This document shows, in pieces, positions 51,083-59,725 of a DNA stretch of 64,000 bases (position 1 is its first letter; each line of letters begins with the position of its first letter). Made by a program: the position numbers and the translations under genes. Under the pieces are notes generated by a model. It was not told where the DNA came from, did not search any database, and saw only the letters and a program-made list of their open reading frames with translations. Source of the stretch: Candidatus Moanibacter sp. (lineage in GTDB: Bacteria > Verrucomicrobiota > Verrucomicrobiia > Opitutales > UBA2987); assembly GCA_965215885.1 (NCBI GenBank), contig CBDCEW010000099.1:86742-150741 (forward strand), given 5' to 3'.

Positions 51083-53146
51083 GTGCCAGAGAAAACGAAC
51101 TTTCCCTCCCCGTTAGTCAGGCCGGAAGAGGAATTCGACGAGATCACGGTGAAGGGGTTCATACTTGGGGCCCTTCTATCGATGGTCCTGGCGTCGGCTA
51201 ATGCTTATATCGGTCTGTTGGTGGGGATGACGGTATCCGCTTCGATACCTGCGGCGGCGGTTTCGATGGGAGTATTGCGCGTTTTCAGGCGGTCAAATAT
51301 CCTGGAGAATAACATGGTACAGACTTCGGCATCGGCCGGAGAATCGCTCGTGGCGGGTATAATATTCACGGTTCCGGCACTGGTTATGATGGGTGCGTGG
51401 GGTGGGTACCATTATTGGCCCATCGTGGTGATCGGTTTAATCGGGGGAGTTCTCGGAGTGGCCTTTACTATCCCGCTTCGCAGGGCATTAATTGTAAATG
51501 CTGAGCTGGCATTTCCGGAAGGGATGGCTACCTCTGAAGTGCTGAAGAGTGGAGGCATTGAGCACGATGCCGAACATCCCGAAAAGGGAGAACGTTCGGA
51601 AGAGGCTGAAATCGGTTTCAGGAGGCTTATGGAAGCGGCTGGTTTGGGCGGCCTGTTCAAATTACTTGAATCCGGTCTGGGTGTACTCTCTGGGCACCTG
51701 TCCGCTACTCATGCCACAATGCAGGGAAAACTACTGGTCACGGCCAACGTTTTCCTGAGTCCGGCTCTACTGGGGGTCGGTTATATCGTAGGTTTAAACA
51801 TTGCTGTTCTGGTTTTCGCGGGAGGAGTAATAGGTACTGCGATAGGTGTGCCTCTCAACTGGGCTCTGAACAGCGAGCGGATTCTCGAGGCAACCGGCAT
51901 ACCCGCAGGCACACCACTTCATGTTCTGGGGCCAGAAGAATGGGTTGCGGTAGCGGATGAGTCCTGGCAGAATTGTCGCCGAATCGGCGTCGGCGCTATG
52001 CTGGTTGGCGGTTTCTGGTCTCTTATCTCACTGGCCGGGCCGCTTGTTGAAGGTATCCGATCCAGTTTGAGAGTCTATAAAAGGTCGCGTTCCGATGAAA
52101 CGGTCAGCCTTCCAAGGACGGAGCGGGACATGCCTTTTCAGATCGTGGCCCTCACCGTGTTAGTCGCATCCGTGCCTCTCTTTTTCGCTTTCTACTGGGC
52201 ATTGGGCGACTACCACGGAAGAGGGATGATCGCGGCCGTAATGACGGTTATGATGCTTCTGTTCGGGTTCCTGTTCAGTTCGGTCGCGGGCTACATGTCC
52301 GGTCTCGTAGGGAGTTCGAACAATCCGATTTCCGGAGTGACAGTCGCTACTGTCGTCGTGACAGCTGTCTTGCTCACGCAATTGATGGGTCGGGGGGGAG
52401 TGGCAGCGACGCTGGGGCCAATAATGGTCATCTTCCTGGCTGCTAATGTATGCGCCTCGGCCGCCATTGCGGGTGACAACATGCAGGATCTCAAATGTGG
52501 GCATGTACTGGGAGCAACACCGTGGCGACAACAGATTTTTCAGTTGGTAGGTGTCGTATCGGCGGCGTTTGTGATTCCCTTAATCCTCAATATTCTGGAC
52601 AGAGGGCACGGAATCGGGCGCCCGCTGCGAGAGGGCGCTTCTTTTCTCCCTGCGCCTCAGGCCGGCTTGATGAAAGATATATCGATGGGAATTTTCGGCG
52701 CCGGAATCGCTTGGAACTTCATCATTCTCGGATGTTTGTTTGCGATTGTCCTGATAATTATCGACCGATTACTGGAGAAGCGCGAAGCAGGTTTCCGTTT
52801 GCCTGTCCTGGCGGTCGCTATTGGAGTCTATCTTCCTCTCGGACTGTCCGTGTTGATATTCGTCGGCGGCGTACTAGCGTATATGGTTGATCGGAAACAT
52901 CGCGGGGAGAGGGAAGTCGCATTGCGAAGACAGGAGAGCACCGGTTTGTTGGTGGCTTCCGGTCTCATTACCGGTGAGGCGCTTATGGGTGTCTTGGTGG
53001 CAGTTGCAGCGGTGATTTTCGTCGACCGGATACCGTCAGACATGGCGCTCGCACCTTGGTTTGGCACTCTGGCAATTCTAGCACTCGGGGTTTACTTGTA
53101 TAAGCGGGCTAGTCCCGGCAGGCCGGGACTAGAGACAAAAAAATGA
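51083..53146 (+). CDS. OPT family oligopeptide transporter
   Basis: AYIGL..G.TVSASIPAA, ILENN.VQT.ASAGE, FPEG.A, GSSNNPISG, MQDLK.G..LGATP, ASGLI.GE. Confidence 0.93.
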   Translation: MPEKTNFPSPLVRPEEEFDEITVKGFILGALLSMVLASANAYIGLLVGMTVSASIPAAAVSMGVLRVFRRSNILENNMVQTSASAGESLVAGIIFTVPALVMMGAWGGYHYWPIVVIGLIGGVLGVAFTIPLRRALIVNAELAFPEGMATSEVLKSGGIEHDAEHPEKGERSEEAEIGFRRLMEAAGLGGLFKLLESGLGVLSGHLSATHATMQGKLLVTANVFLSPALLGVGYIVGLNIAVLVFAGGVIGTAIGVPLNWALNSERILEATGIPAGTPLHVLGPEEWVAVADESWQNCRRIGVGAMLVGGFWSLISLAGPLVEGIRSSLRVYKRSRSDETVSLPRTERDMPFQIVALTVLVASVPLFFAFYWALGDYHGRGMIAAVMTVMMLLFGFLFSSVAGYMSGLVGSSNNPISGVTVATVVVTAVLLTQLMGRGGVAATLGPIMVIFLAANVCASAAIAGDNMQDLKCGHVLGATPWRQQIFQLVGVVSAAFVIPLILNILDRGHGIGRPLREGASFLPAPQAGLMKDISMGIFGAGIAWNFIILGCLFAIVLIIIDRLLEKREAGFRLPVLAVAIGVYLPLGLSVLIFVGGVLAYMVDRKHRGEREVALRRQESTGLLVASGLITGEALMGVLVAVAAVIFVDRIPSDMALAPWFGTLAILALGVYLYKRASPGRPGLETKK

Positions 53147-53186
53147 AACTGAATCAATGCGTCCCAAAAATTCAGTTTCATTTTCT
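53140..53186. terminator. Inverted repeat at the OPT 3' end
   Basis: aaaatgaaactgaat...attcagtttcatttt. Confidence 0.4.
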
Positions 53187-53381
53187 TCAGAGGAATTTGT
53201 GATCGGCGCGGTGGACCCGCCCTGTTTTTTCTCGATTACAGACTCACCAGTCCTTACTTTGAATAGTATGCTTCAGGATTAGTCCGCGAATTTGACCACT
53301 TTGACGGTTGTAACAAATGGTCTTGAGAGTAAGTACTCGAGTAATAAGTTGGGGAGTTTTCTGGAGGGGCGGTAAGTTCGA

Positions 53382-54473
53382 ATGAATATACGAGATCATC
53401 CATTCTTCGAGCACGTCGATCCGGACATAAGGGAGAGGCTCTTGCAGTTGGGCACGGAACACGAATATCCGAATAATCAGGTTATCTTCGAAGAGGGCAG
53501 CCCGTCAGAGGATCTCTGTCTCGTTCTGGAGGGAGCAGTCGCCTTTTGCAAAGAAGTCTCAATTAGCGAGCACAGAGTTGTCGGATACAGTCGGGAGGGG
53601 GAGTTTTTCGGCGAGATCGGTCTCTTTACGGGCCAGCCTCGGGCCTTGCGGGCGGAAGCACGGGGAAGAGTGAATCTCGGAACCCCCCCAAAATCGGCAA
53701 TGGTAGAATACATTACGAGCACGCCGGGACCGATCGCGAATATCCTGGAGAGTATAGTCAATCACTTGCATGAAACGACGCGTCATTACCTCGATGATAT
53801 GCTGCATCAGGAAAAGATGGCGGTCGTCGGGACGATGGTGAATACGATCTTTCACGATCTTAAGAATCCTTTTACTCTAATTAAGCTGGCGGCTGAAGTT
53901 ATAGAGGGCAGAACAGACGACAGGAAAACTGGGGAATTGTGCAGGACGATCGAAGAACAGATTCAGCGGATGGTATTGATGGCCGATGAGTTAAACGATT
54001 TTTCACGGGGTCTGCAGACACTTCAACCGGCGGCGGTCAATGTAAGAGAGATGGTTAGCAAGTTCCGCGAACTGAATGCTCCCTATTTTCAGGATGAGCG
54101 GCTGAGATTTGAGATTTCGGTTCCGGACCTTACAATTGAAGCAGAGGAGAACAAACTGTTACGTGTCCTGCAGAATTTGGTGAGTAACGCCATCGATGCA
54201 TTTAGAGATGGAGAAGGCACAATTTCGATAAAGGCCGCGAGAGAAGGAGATAGAATGATTCTATTGGAGATCTCGGATAACGGAGACGGAATTCCTCCAT
54301 CAATCCGACCAAACCTGTTCGATCCCTTCGTAACGCTTGGGAAGAGCCGCGGCACGGGCCTCGGAACGTCGATAGTTAAATCGATTGTCGAAGCCCATGG
54401 AGGTAAAATTGAATTTGAAACGGAGACCGGCAAGGGGACGAGGTTTTCGATTCGGCTGCCCACTACTCAATGA
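53382..54473 (+). CDS. Cytoplasmic sensor histidine kinase with cNMP-binding domain
   Basis: IFEEG..., GEFFGEIGL..GQPR; HDLKNP H-box; NLVSNA, DNGDG, FDPF, GTGLG. Confidence 0.92.
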   Translation: MNIRDHPFFEHVDPDIRERLLQLGTEHEYPNNQVIFEEGSPSEDLCLVLEGAVAFCKEVSISEHRVVGYSREGEFFGEIGLFTGQPRALRAEARGRVNLGTPPKSAMVEYITSTPGPIANILESIVNHLHETTRHYLDDMLHQEKMAVVGTMVNTIFHDLKNPFTLIKLAAEVIEGRTDDRKTGELCRTIEEQIQRMVLMADELNDFSRGLQTLQPAAVNVREMVSKFRELNAPYFQDERLRFEISVPDLTIEAEENKLLRVLQNLVSNAIDAFRDGEGTISIKAAREGDRMILLEISDNGDGIPPSIRPNLFDPFVTLGKSRGTGLGTSIVKSIVEAHGGKIEFETETGKGTRFSIRLPTTQ

Positions 54474-54568
54474 GAAGGGACGGAGACCTAAGCGAATCAG
54501 TCGCCCGCAGAATTAGATGAGAAGGTTGATGGGAGAGGGGAATTGCGACTCGTCGGCAGAGACGTAAA

Positions 54569-55465
54569 ATGGATTTAACGATATCGATCGCACAGATTGA
54601 TGTCGCCACGGCGCGGCCGGATTTAAATCTTGAAAAAGGAGCAGCGCTCATTTCGGAAGCGGCCGGGCGAGGCTCCGAATTGATCTGTTTTCCGGAAATG
54701 TGGACGACCGGTTTTAACTGGGTGGAAAACGCACGCATAGTGGAGGAACATGAGACTATCGTTGAGCGCGTAGCGGGATTGGCAAAGCAATGGAAGATCT
54801 GGATTAGCGGTTCCGTAATCGCGGCCAATACGGGCGGAAAGCCGACCAACGCGTCTATTCTATTCAGCCCGAGAGGTGAACGCGCCGTGACCTACAATAA
54901 GACGCATCTTTTCAGTTTGATGGACGAAGACGAGCACGTGGCACCGGGCGATGAACTGGTATTGTTTGACGCTCCCTGGGGCAAAACCGGCTTTGCCGTC
55001 TGCTACGATATCCGTTTTCCGGAACTCTATCGAAGCTACGCTCTGAAAGGAGCGGAGGTGCTGCTTAATCCCACGGCTTTTCCACACCCTCGACGCGAAC
55101 ATTGGCGGACCCTCGTGAGGGCGCGCGCGATTGAGAATCAGATGTTTATGATAGGTACTAATCAAGTGGGATTCGAAGAGATGGGCGAATTGGGCAAAGT
55201 TTCCTGGTGTGGCACGTCACTCATCATCGATCCCTGGGGTAACACGGTGGTGGAAGCAAGCGAGACAGAGGAAGAGCTGCTCACCGCTTCCATCGAAGTC
55301 GATGTTGTTGCAAAGACGAGGCGGAAGATGCGAGTCTTGCGGGACCGGAGGCCTGATTTGTACGAATTGGGTATGGAGGAAAGTGGAAAGTCAAAAGTTG
55401 AATCCACTGATAAAGTGAGTCAATGTTTGGGCGTTTCCAAAAGGAGAGGAAGTGATGAAGTTTGA
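54569..55465 (+). CDS. Carbon-nitrogen hydrolase (nitrilase/omega-amidase-like)
   Basis: FPEMW, YNKTHLF, VCYDIRFPE, RARAIENQ. Confidence 0.92.
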   Translation: MDLTISIAQIDVATARPDLNLEKGAALISEAAGRGSELICFPEMWTTGFNWVENARIVEEHETIVERVAGLAKQWKIWISGSVIAANTGGKPTNASILFSPRGERAVTYNKTHLFSLMDEDEHVAPGDELVLFDAPWGKTGFAVCYDIRFPELYRSYALKGAEVLLNPTAFPHPRREHWRTLVRARAIENQMFMIGTNQVGFEEMGELGKVSWCGTSLIIDPWGNTVVEASETEEELLTASIEVDVVAKTRRKMRVLRDRRPDLYELGMEESGKSKVESTDKVSQCLGVSKRRGSDEV

Positions 55466-55976
55466 AACAGGTACTTTTGGTGCGGGGTGCTTCTGGTGCG
55501 TAGAAGCGATCTTTCAACGACTTGATGGGGTCGAAGCGGTGTCCTCGGGGTATATGGGAGGGAGAGTACCGAATCCGACTTACGAGGAGGTGTGCACAGG
55601 CGAAACGGGACATGCTGAAGTAGTGCAAGTGAAATTCGACCCGCGGAAGATAAGCTACAATGAATTGCTCGAGATATTCTGGCAGCTTCACGATCCGACC
55701 ACGCTTAATCGACAAGGGGCAGACGTCGGAACGCAGTATCGCTCGGCAATTTTTTATCATTCGGATGAACAGAAAACGGCTGCGGAGGGGTCTCGAGCAA
55801 CCGCTGATGAATCAGACAGTTTCGCCAGCCCAATCGTGACCGAAATCACGGAAGCTTCAGAGTTTTTTGAGGCGGAGGGCTACCACCAGGACTATTTCAA
55901 TAATAATCCGCACGCCCCTATCTGCAGTCTCGTAATAGCGGCCAAAATAAGGAAGCTAGAAATCTGTCGATCTTAA
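55455..55976 (+). CDS. msrA: Peptide methionine sulfoxide reductase A
   Basis: GCFWC, GYMGG, GHAE, HDPT..NRQG.D.G.QYRS, AE.YHQDY. Confidence 0.95.
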   Translation: MKFETGTFGAGCFWCVEAIFQRLDGVEAVSSGYMGGRVPNPTYEEVCTGETGHAEVVQVKFDPRKISYNELLEIFWQLHDPTTLNRQGADVGTQYRSAIFYHSDEQKTAAEGSRATADESDSFASPIVTEITEASEFFEAEGYHQDYFNNNPHAPICSLVIAAKIRKLEICRS

Positions 55977-56920
55977 CCCCAAAAGTTCAATGATCTCTTC
56001 CCGAAGTATTTCTCGAAGTCTTTGATCTTCTTAGCTTCCTTGCGAATGGTGGTAATATTCGATTCGACCTTCTCGAGATAGGGATTTTCGCCGTCAGGGT
56101 AGGGGTGGGCAAGAAACTTGAATAGAGCATGACATTCTCTGTCGAGTTTCGGAAGTACTATTTTCTTCCAGAAATAGGGCGTGAGGTGAAGGAGCTCTCT
56201 ACTGCTCTTAAACATTCTATTCTCTCTTGGGATTTCGCGATAATCGTCCGATTCTTCGAACTCCTTGAATAGAAAAGGCAACTTTTCGATATAATTCGGG
56301 TCGCTTATCTGTCCGAGGTAATCTGCCGTACAAATCGCTTCGCCGTTGATTCGTTCGAGATTGTCTTTGAATGGAATAGCATCCGGTATGCTGCGCGGCC
56401 CTGTGCAACTGATGAGGTGTTGCACGACGAAGATATCAGGTTTTGACCAACCCTTTTCGGTCAAATAGAGTTCGGCCAAATCACAGCTGCGGTGCTCGTG
56501 TACGAAAGTGTATTTTGCTCCAGTCCCAATATTGTCGCCAGCCTCCTTGAGGTAGCCGATATCATGAAGCAGTACCGCGAAGAGCCCGCAGATAAAGCTG
56601 TGCGGCGTCATGACAGGTTCAACTTCGAGGAGATGCCGGTTTGCCATGATGCGTATCCAACAGAGAGTGGCTTGCAAAGTGTGTTCGAGATCGTGATAGA
56701 CGGTATCCATACCCTGGTAATCCCAGTAGGACCCTTCGAACAAGCTCTCGGTGTCCCGCAACACTTCGGAAACCAAACGGGAGTCGACGACAGGAAAAAT
56801 GTCTTGCTGAATCTCTACTACCGCGCTCGAGACGGCAGCAATGTCCCGGGTATTCAGATCGTCGAGTGAGTAATCCCTGATCAACATTGAAGAGGGGCTG
56901 GAAATGCTCAACGCTATCAT
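55973..56920 (-). CDS. HD-domain metal-dependent phosphohydrolase
   Basis: YHDLEHT, LHDIGY, HE.RS, TADYLGQ. Confidence 0.82.
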   Translation of the reverse strand: MIALSISSPSSMLIRDYSLDDLNTRDIAAVSSAVVEIQQDIFPVVDSRLVSEVLRDTESLFEGSYWDYQGMDTVYHDLEHTLQATLCWIRIMANRHLLEVEPVMTPHSFICGLFAVLLHDIGYLKEAGDNIGTGAKYTFVHEHRSCDLAELYLTEKGWSKPDIFVVQHLISCTGPRSIPDAIPFKDNLERINGEAICTADYLGQISDPNYIEKLPFLFKEFEESDDYREIPRENRMFKSSRELLHLTPYFWKKIVLPKLDRECHALFKFLAHPYPDGENPYLEKVESNITTIRKEAKKIKDFEKYFGKRSLNFWG

Positions 56921-56948
56921 GCAGGCTTTGTAATAATAGTAATCGCGA

Positions 56949-58267
56949 CACTACTGTCCGGTTGTTTTTCTAGGAACGCAGGTTAATCGATTGATAACCA
57001 ACATTTTACATATGATTTCTGCTGTTTTCGACTTGAAATTGCAAAAAGCCTTGTGGACTCTGAAAAATTTCGAGGGTCCAAATCATGTATACAGGTCGAT
57101 TCGTTTTTTCTCAAATCATAGATTATCTTCCGCGCCATCAGTTCCATCGTTGCGTCCAACGCTACGGAGGCGCCTACAAAGTTCAAAAGTTCAGTTGCTT
57201 CGAACAATTTCTCTGCATGGGTTTTGCCGAGTTGACCTACCGGGAGAGTCTGCGCGACACCGAAACCTGCCTGCGGGCAGTACAACCAAAACTATACCAC
57301 GCAGGGCTTCGAAGCGGAGTATCCAAAAGCACGCTCGCCGATGCCAACGAGAAACGAGACTGGCGCATCTACGCCGACTTTGCACAGGTCCTCATCGCAA
57401 TGGCTCGTCCTTTGTATTCAAACGAGGATCTGGGCATCGACCTGGACAATACGCTCTACGCTCTGGACTCCACCACGATCGATCTATGTCTATCACTCTT
57501 CCCGTGGGCACGTTTCCGCAAGCACAAGGGGGCGGTGAAGGTCCATACGCTTCTCGATCTCAGAGGCTCTATCCCTTATTTTATCGAGATTACCGATGGA
57601 AAAGTTCACGACGTAAACATTCTGGATCTCATCATCCCCGAGGCCGGTGCTTACTATGTAATGGACCGAGCCTATCTGCATTACGAGCGCCTCTATCGGA
57701 TCGCACAATGCGGTTCTTTCTTCGTCACACGCGCCCGCCGCGGCTTTCAGTTTCGCCGCCTCTACTCTCAAAAGGTCGACAAATCAACCGGTCTGCGTTC
57801 GGACCAGACCGTTGCCCTGGTCAGCTTCTATCCTGCCAAGGCCTACCCCGAAAGACTCCGGCGTATCACTTACCTCGACCCCGACAGTTCCGAGCGCTTC
57901 GTGTTTCTCACCAACCAGTTTGCCCTCCCAGCCATAATCATCACCCAGATTTACCGTTTACGCTGGCAGATCGAATTGTTCTTCAAATGGATCAAACAGC
58001 ACTTGCGCATCAAGAGCTTTTTCGGCACCTCCGAGAATGCTGTGAAGACTCAAATCTGGATTGCCGTCAGCGTCTATGTGCTCATCGCCATCATCCGCAA
58101 ACGCCTTCGCCTGGAGATCAGTGTGCACAAAATCCTACAGATTCTCAGCTTCACCCTATTTGAGAAAACTCCTATGACTGAACTACTTACAGAAACCGAT
58201 TACACTTTCAATGAACACCGCATTCCTAAACAGTTGGAGTTGTTTGACTTATAACCGGACAGTACTG
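56949..58267 (+). mobile_element. Complete IS4-family insertion sequence (1319 bp)
   Basis: IRs cactactgtccggtt / aaccggacagtactg; 9-bp TSD TAATCGCGA at 56940-56948 and 58268-58276. Confidence 0.93.
57085..58254 (+). CDS. IS4 family transposase (DUF4372 N-terminal domain)
   Basis: LDSTTI.LC, MDRAY, Y..RWQIELFFKWIKQ (YREK). Confidence 0.95.
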   Translation: MYTGRFVFSQIIDYLPRHQFHRCVQRYGGAYKVQKFSCFEQFLCMGFAELTYRESLRDTETCLRAVQPKLYHAGLRSGVSKSTLADANEKRDWRIYADFAQVLIAMARPLYSNEDLGIDLDNTLYALDSTTIDLCLSLFPWARFRKHKGAVKVHTLLDLRGSIPYFIEITDGKVHDVNILDLIIPEAGAYYVMDRAYLHYERLYRIAQCGSFFVTRARRGFQFRRLYSQKVDKSTGLRSDQTVALVSFYPAKAYPERLRRITYLDPDSSERFVFLTNQFALPAIIITQIYRLRWQIELFFKWIKQHLRIKSFFGTSENAVKTQIWIAVSVYVLIAIIRKRLRLEISVHKILQILSFTLFEKTPMTELLTETDYTFNEHRIPKQLELFDL

Positions 58268-58370
58268 TAATCGCGACACCCGCCAACAAAAAGGTGGGTC
58301 GCAAATGCTTCTCCAGGATTTGCATTTTGCGATTTACAGGATACCACAGATTGGGATTAGGGCAAGGAAA

Positions 58371-58471
58371 TAGCCCGCTTTTCTCACCAGATGTTCGAAG
58401 ACTCTCGAACAACAGAGAGACTGTGCCTGTGCTCTGCCGTACTGCAGAATCGGCAGCGAAAAGCGGGCTAG
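58371..58471. mobile_element. ~100-bp MITE, TAGCCCGCTTTT family, copy 2
   Basis: tagcccgcttttctcac...ctctgccgtactgcaga...aaaagcgggctag. Confidence 0.75.
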
Positions 58472-58920
58472 CAGGTGGCCTGCGCCATCCTGAAAAGGGC
58501 CTCCAAGACAGAATGACGATATACAACGCCTACAACGATAGCGTTTTCAACCACGGGGTAGCTGTAGAATGGGTTCTTAGTAAACAGGTCAGTGGCATAG
58601 TAGATATCCGATGACGGCGGGAGGGAGATAATCGTTCTGGACATATAATCGCCGACATAACCGGGTTCCTTGTTATGGTATTTGACATTCATGGTAAAAA
58701 GGAGGCAGTCCTTTTCCGAGAGGAAACCCAACGCTTCGTTTTCCTCATTGATAACCGGCGCACCCGTAATCCGGTGCTTGATGAGCATCTTTGACGCCTC
58801 GAGGATATTCATATCCTCCTTAAAAGAGACAAAAGCTTTATGCATAATATCCCTCACGAGTACTTCTCGAGATACGGGTCCTACTTTTGCTCTAAATAAT
58901 CTCGGGGTATAATTCACCAT
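58468..58920 (-). CDS. CBS domain pair protein
   Basis: VRDIM, ITGAPV, G.LSEKDC, V.DYM, YPVV. Confidence 0.85.
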   Translation of the reverse strand: MVNYTPRLFRAKVGPVSREVLVRDIMHKAFVSFKEDMNILEASKMLIKHRITGAPVINEENEALGFLSEKDCLLFTMNVKYHNKEPGYVGDYMSRTIISLPPSSDIYYATDLFTKNPFYSYPVVENAIVVGVVYRHSVLEALFRMAQATC

Positions 58921-59004
58921 GATAAACCTCCCTTTCTCCCAAAGTTCCTGCTTCCTTGCCGGATACGATAATATACGCAGAAAGACGGCGAAAGCAAGGT
59001 AGAT

Positions 59005-59163
59005 CCAGCCCGGAAATTTCGCAAACCATCTACTGCGATCCCGGCAAGCCGGGTCGACCTCAGAGTGTTCCAAGACGCCGTTGCCGGCCGGACTGCGCGA
59101 AGGCCTTGATCCGTCCCGGCGAGCCGGGATCTCGCAAAGAAGTGTGTGAAAAGTCCGGGCTAG
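59005..59163 (+). mobile_element. Degenerate copy (4) of the CTAG hairpin MITE
   Basis: cagcccggaaatttcgcaaa...gacctcagag...gaagtgtgtgaaaagtccgggctag. Confidence 0.75.
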
Positions 59164-59341
59164 CCCGAACATTTCACAAACCTTCTACTACGACCGCGGA
59201 TCCCACTGCGTCTCAAAGCCTTCCCTTGCCCGCCGACCTCAGAGGGTTCCAACACGCTGTCGCCCGCCGGCCTGCGGAAAGGCTTTGATATGCAGTAATC
59301 TACGCCGTCTCGCTACGAAGTGTGTGAAAAGTCCGGGCTAG
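59160..59341 (+). mobile_element. ~185-bp CTAG-flanked hairpin MITE, copy 3
   Basis: Near-identical to 45902-46090; shares its CTAG with copy 4. Confidence 0.85.
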
Positions 59342-59514
59342 TTGACGTTACTCCAGAGACGTTCGATGAAATCTGCATCTCTTTCAATAAAGCAGATCCC
59401 GATACCCACCAAAATAATTGTAATGAACAAGACTCTGCTCGTCTTATAGACTCCCCGTGCTACGAGAAGGACGACGATAGCAGTGAATAATTGAATAAGG
59501 ATTTGGTCTTTCAT
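59338..59514 (-). CDS. Small (58 aa) two-TM hypothetical protein
   Basis: Two hydrophobic segments; AGGAG-like RBS upstream; AT-rich. Confidence 0.45.
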   Translation of the reverse strand: MKDQILIQLFTAIVVLLVARGVYKTSRVLFITIILVGIGICFIERDADFIERLWSNVN

Positions 59515-59725
59515 CGATCTACCTGATCTCCTCGTTGAGAATGGATTGGCAGGCCTGACGGAGCCGAAACCCATCGTCACGTCCCATCCGGTGCAAGTCG
59601 GCAGAGATGTGATTTACTTGAATCGGAAAACATAAGTAGCCGGATCTGCACCGAGGAAAACCGGGTCGGTCGGTGCCTACGGCAGTTCCGCCTCGCGGAA
59701 ATTTGGCAGTTGTGAGCGAAACCCC

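Noticed and set aside
56991..58163. 390-aa alternative-frame ORF over the IS4 transposase
   Set aside because: Arg/Ser/Pro-rich off-frame composition with no motifs; likely a codon-bias by-product.
46263..58267. Composite transposon carrying OPT to HD genes
   Set aside because: The flanking IS are of different families and IS4 has its own TSD.
58921..59172. N-terminal extension of the CBS ORF
   Set aside because: Derived from MITE sequence; ATG 58920 has an AGGGAGG RBS.
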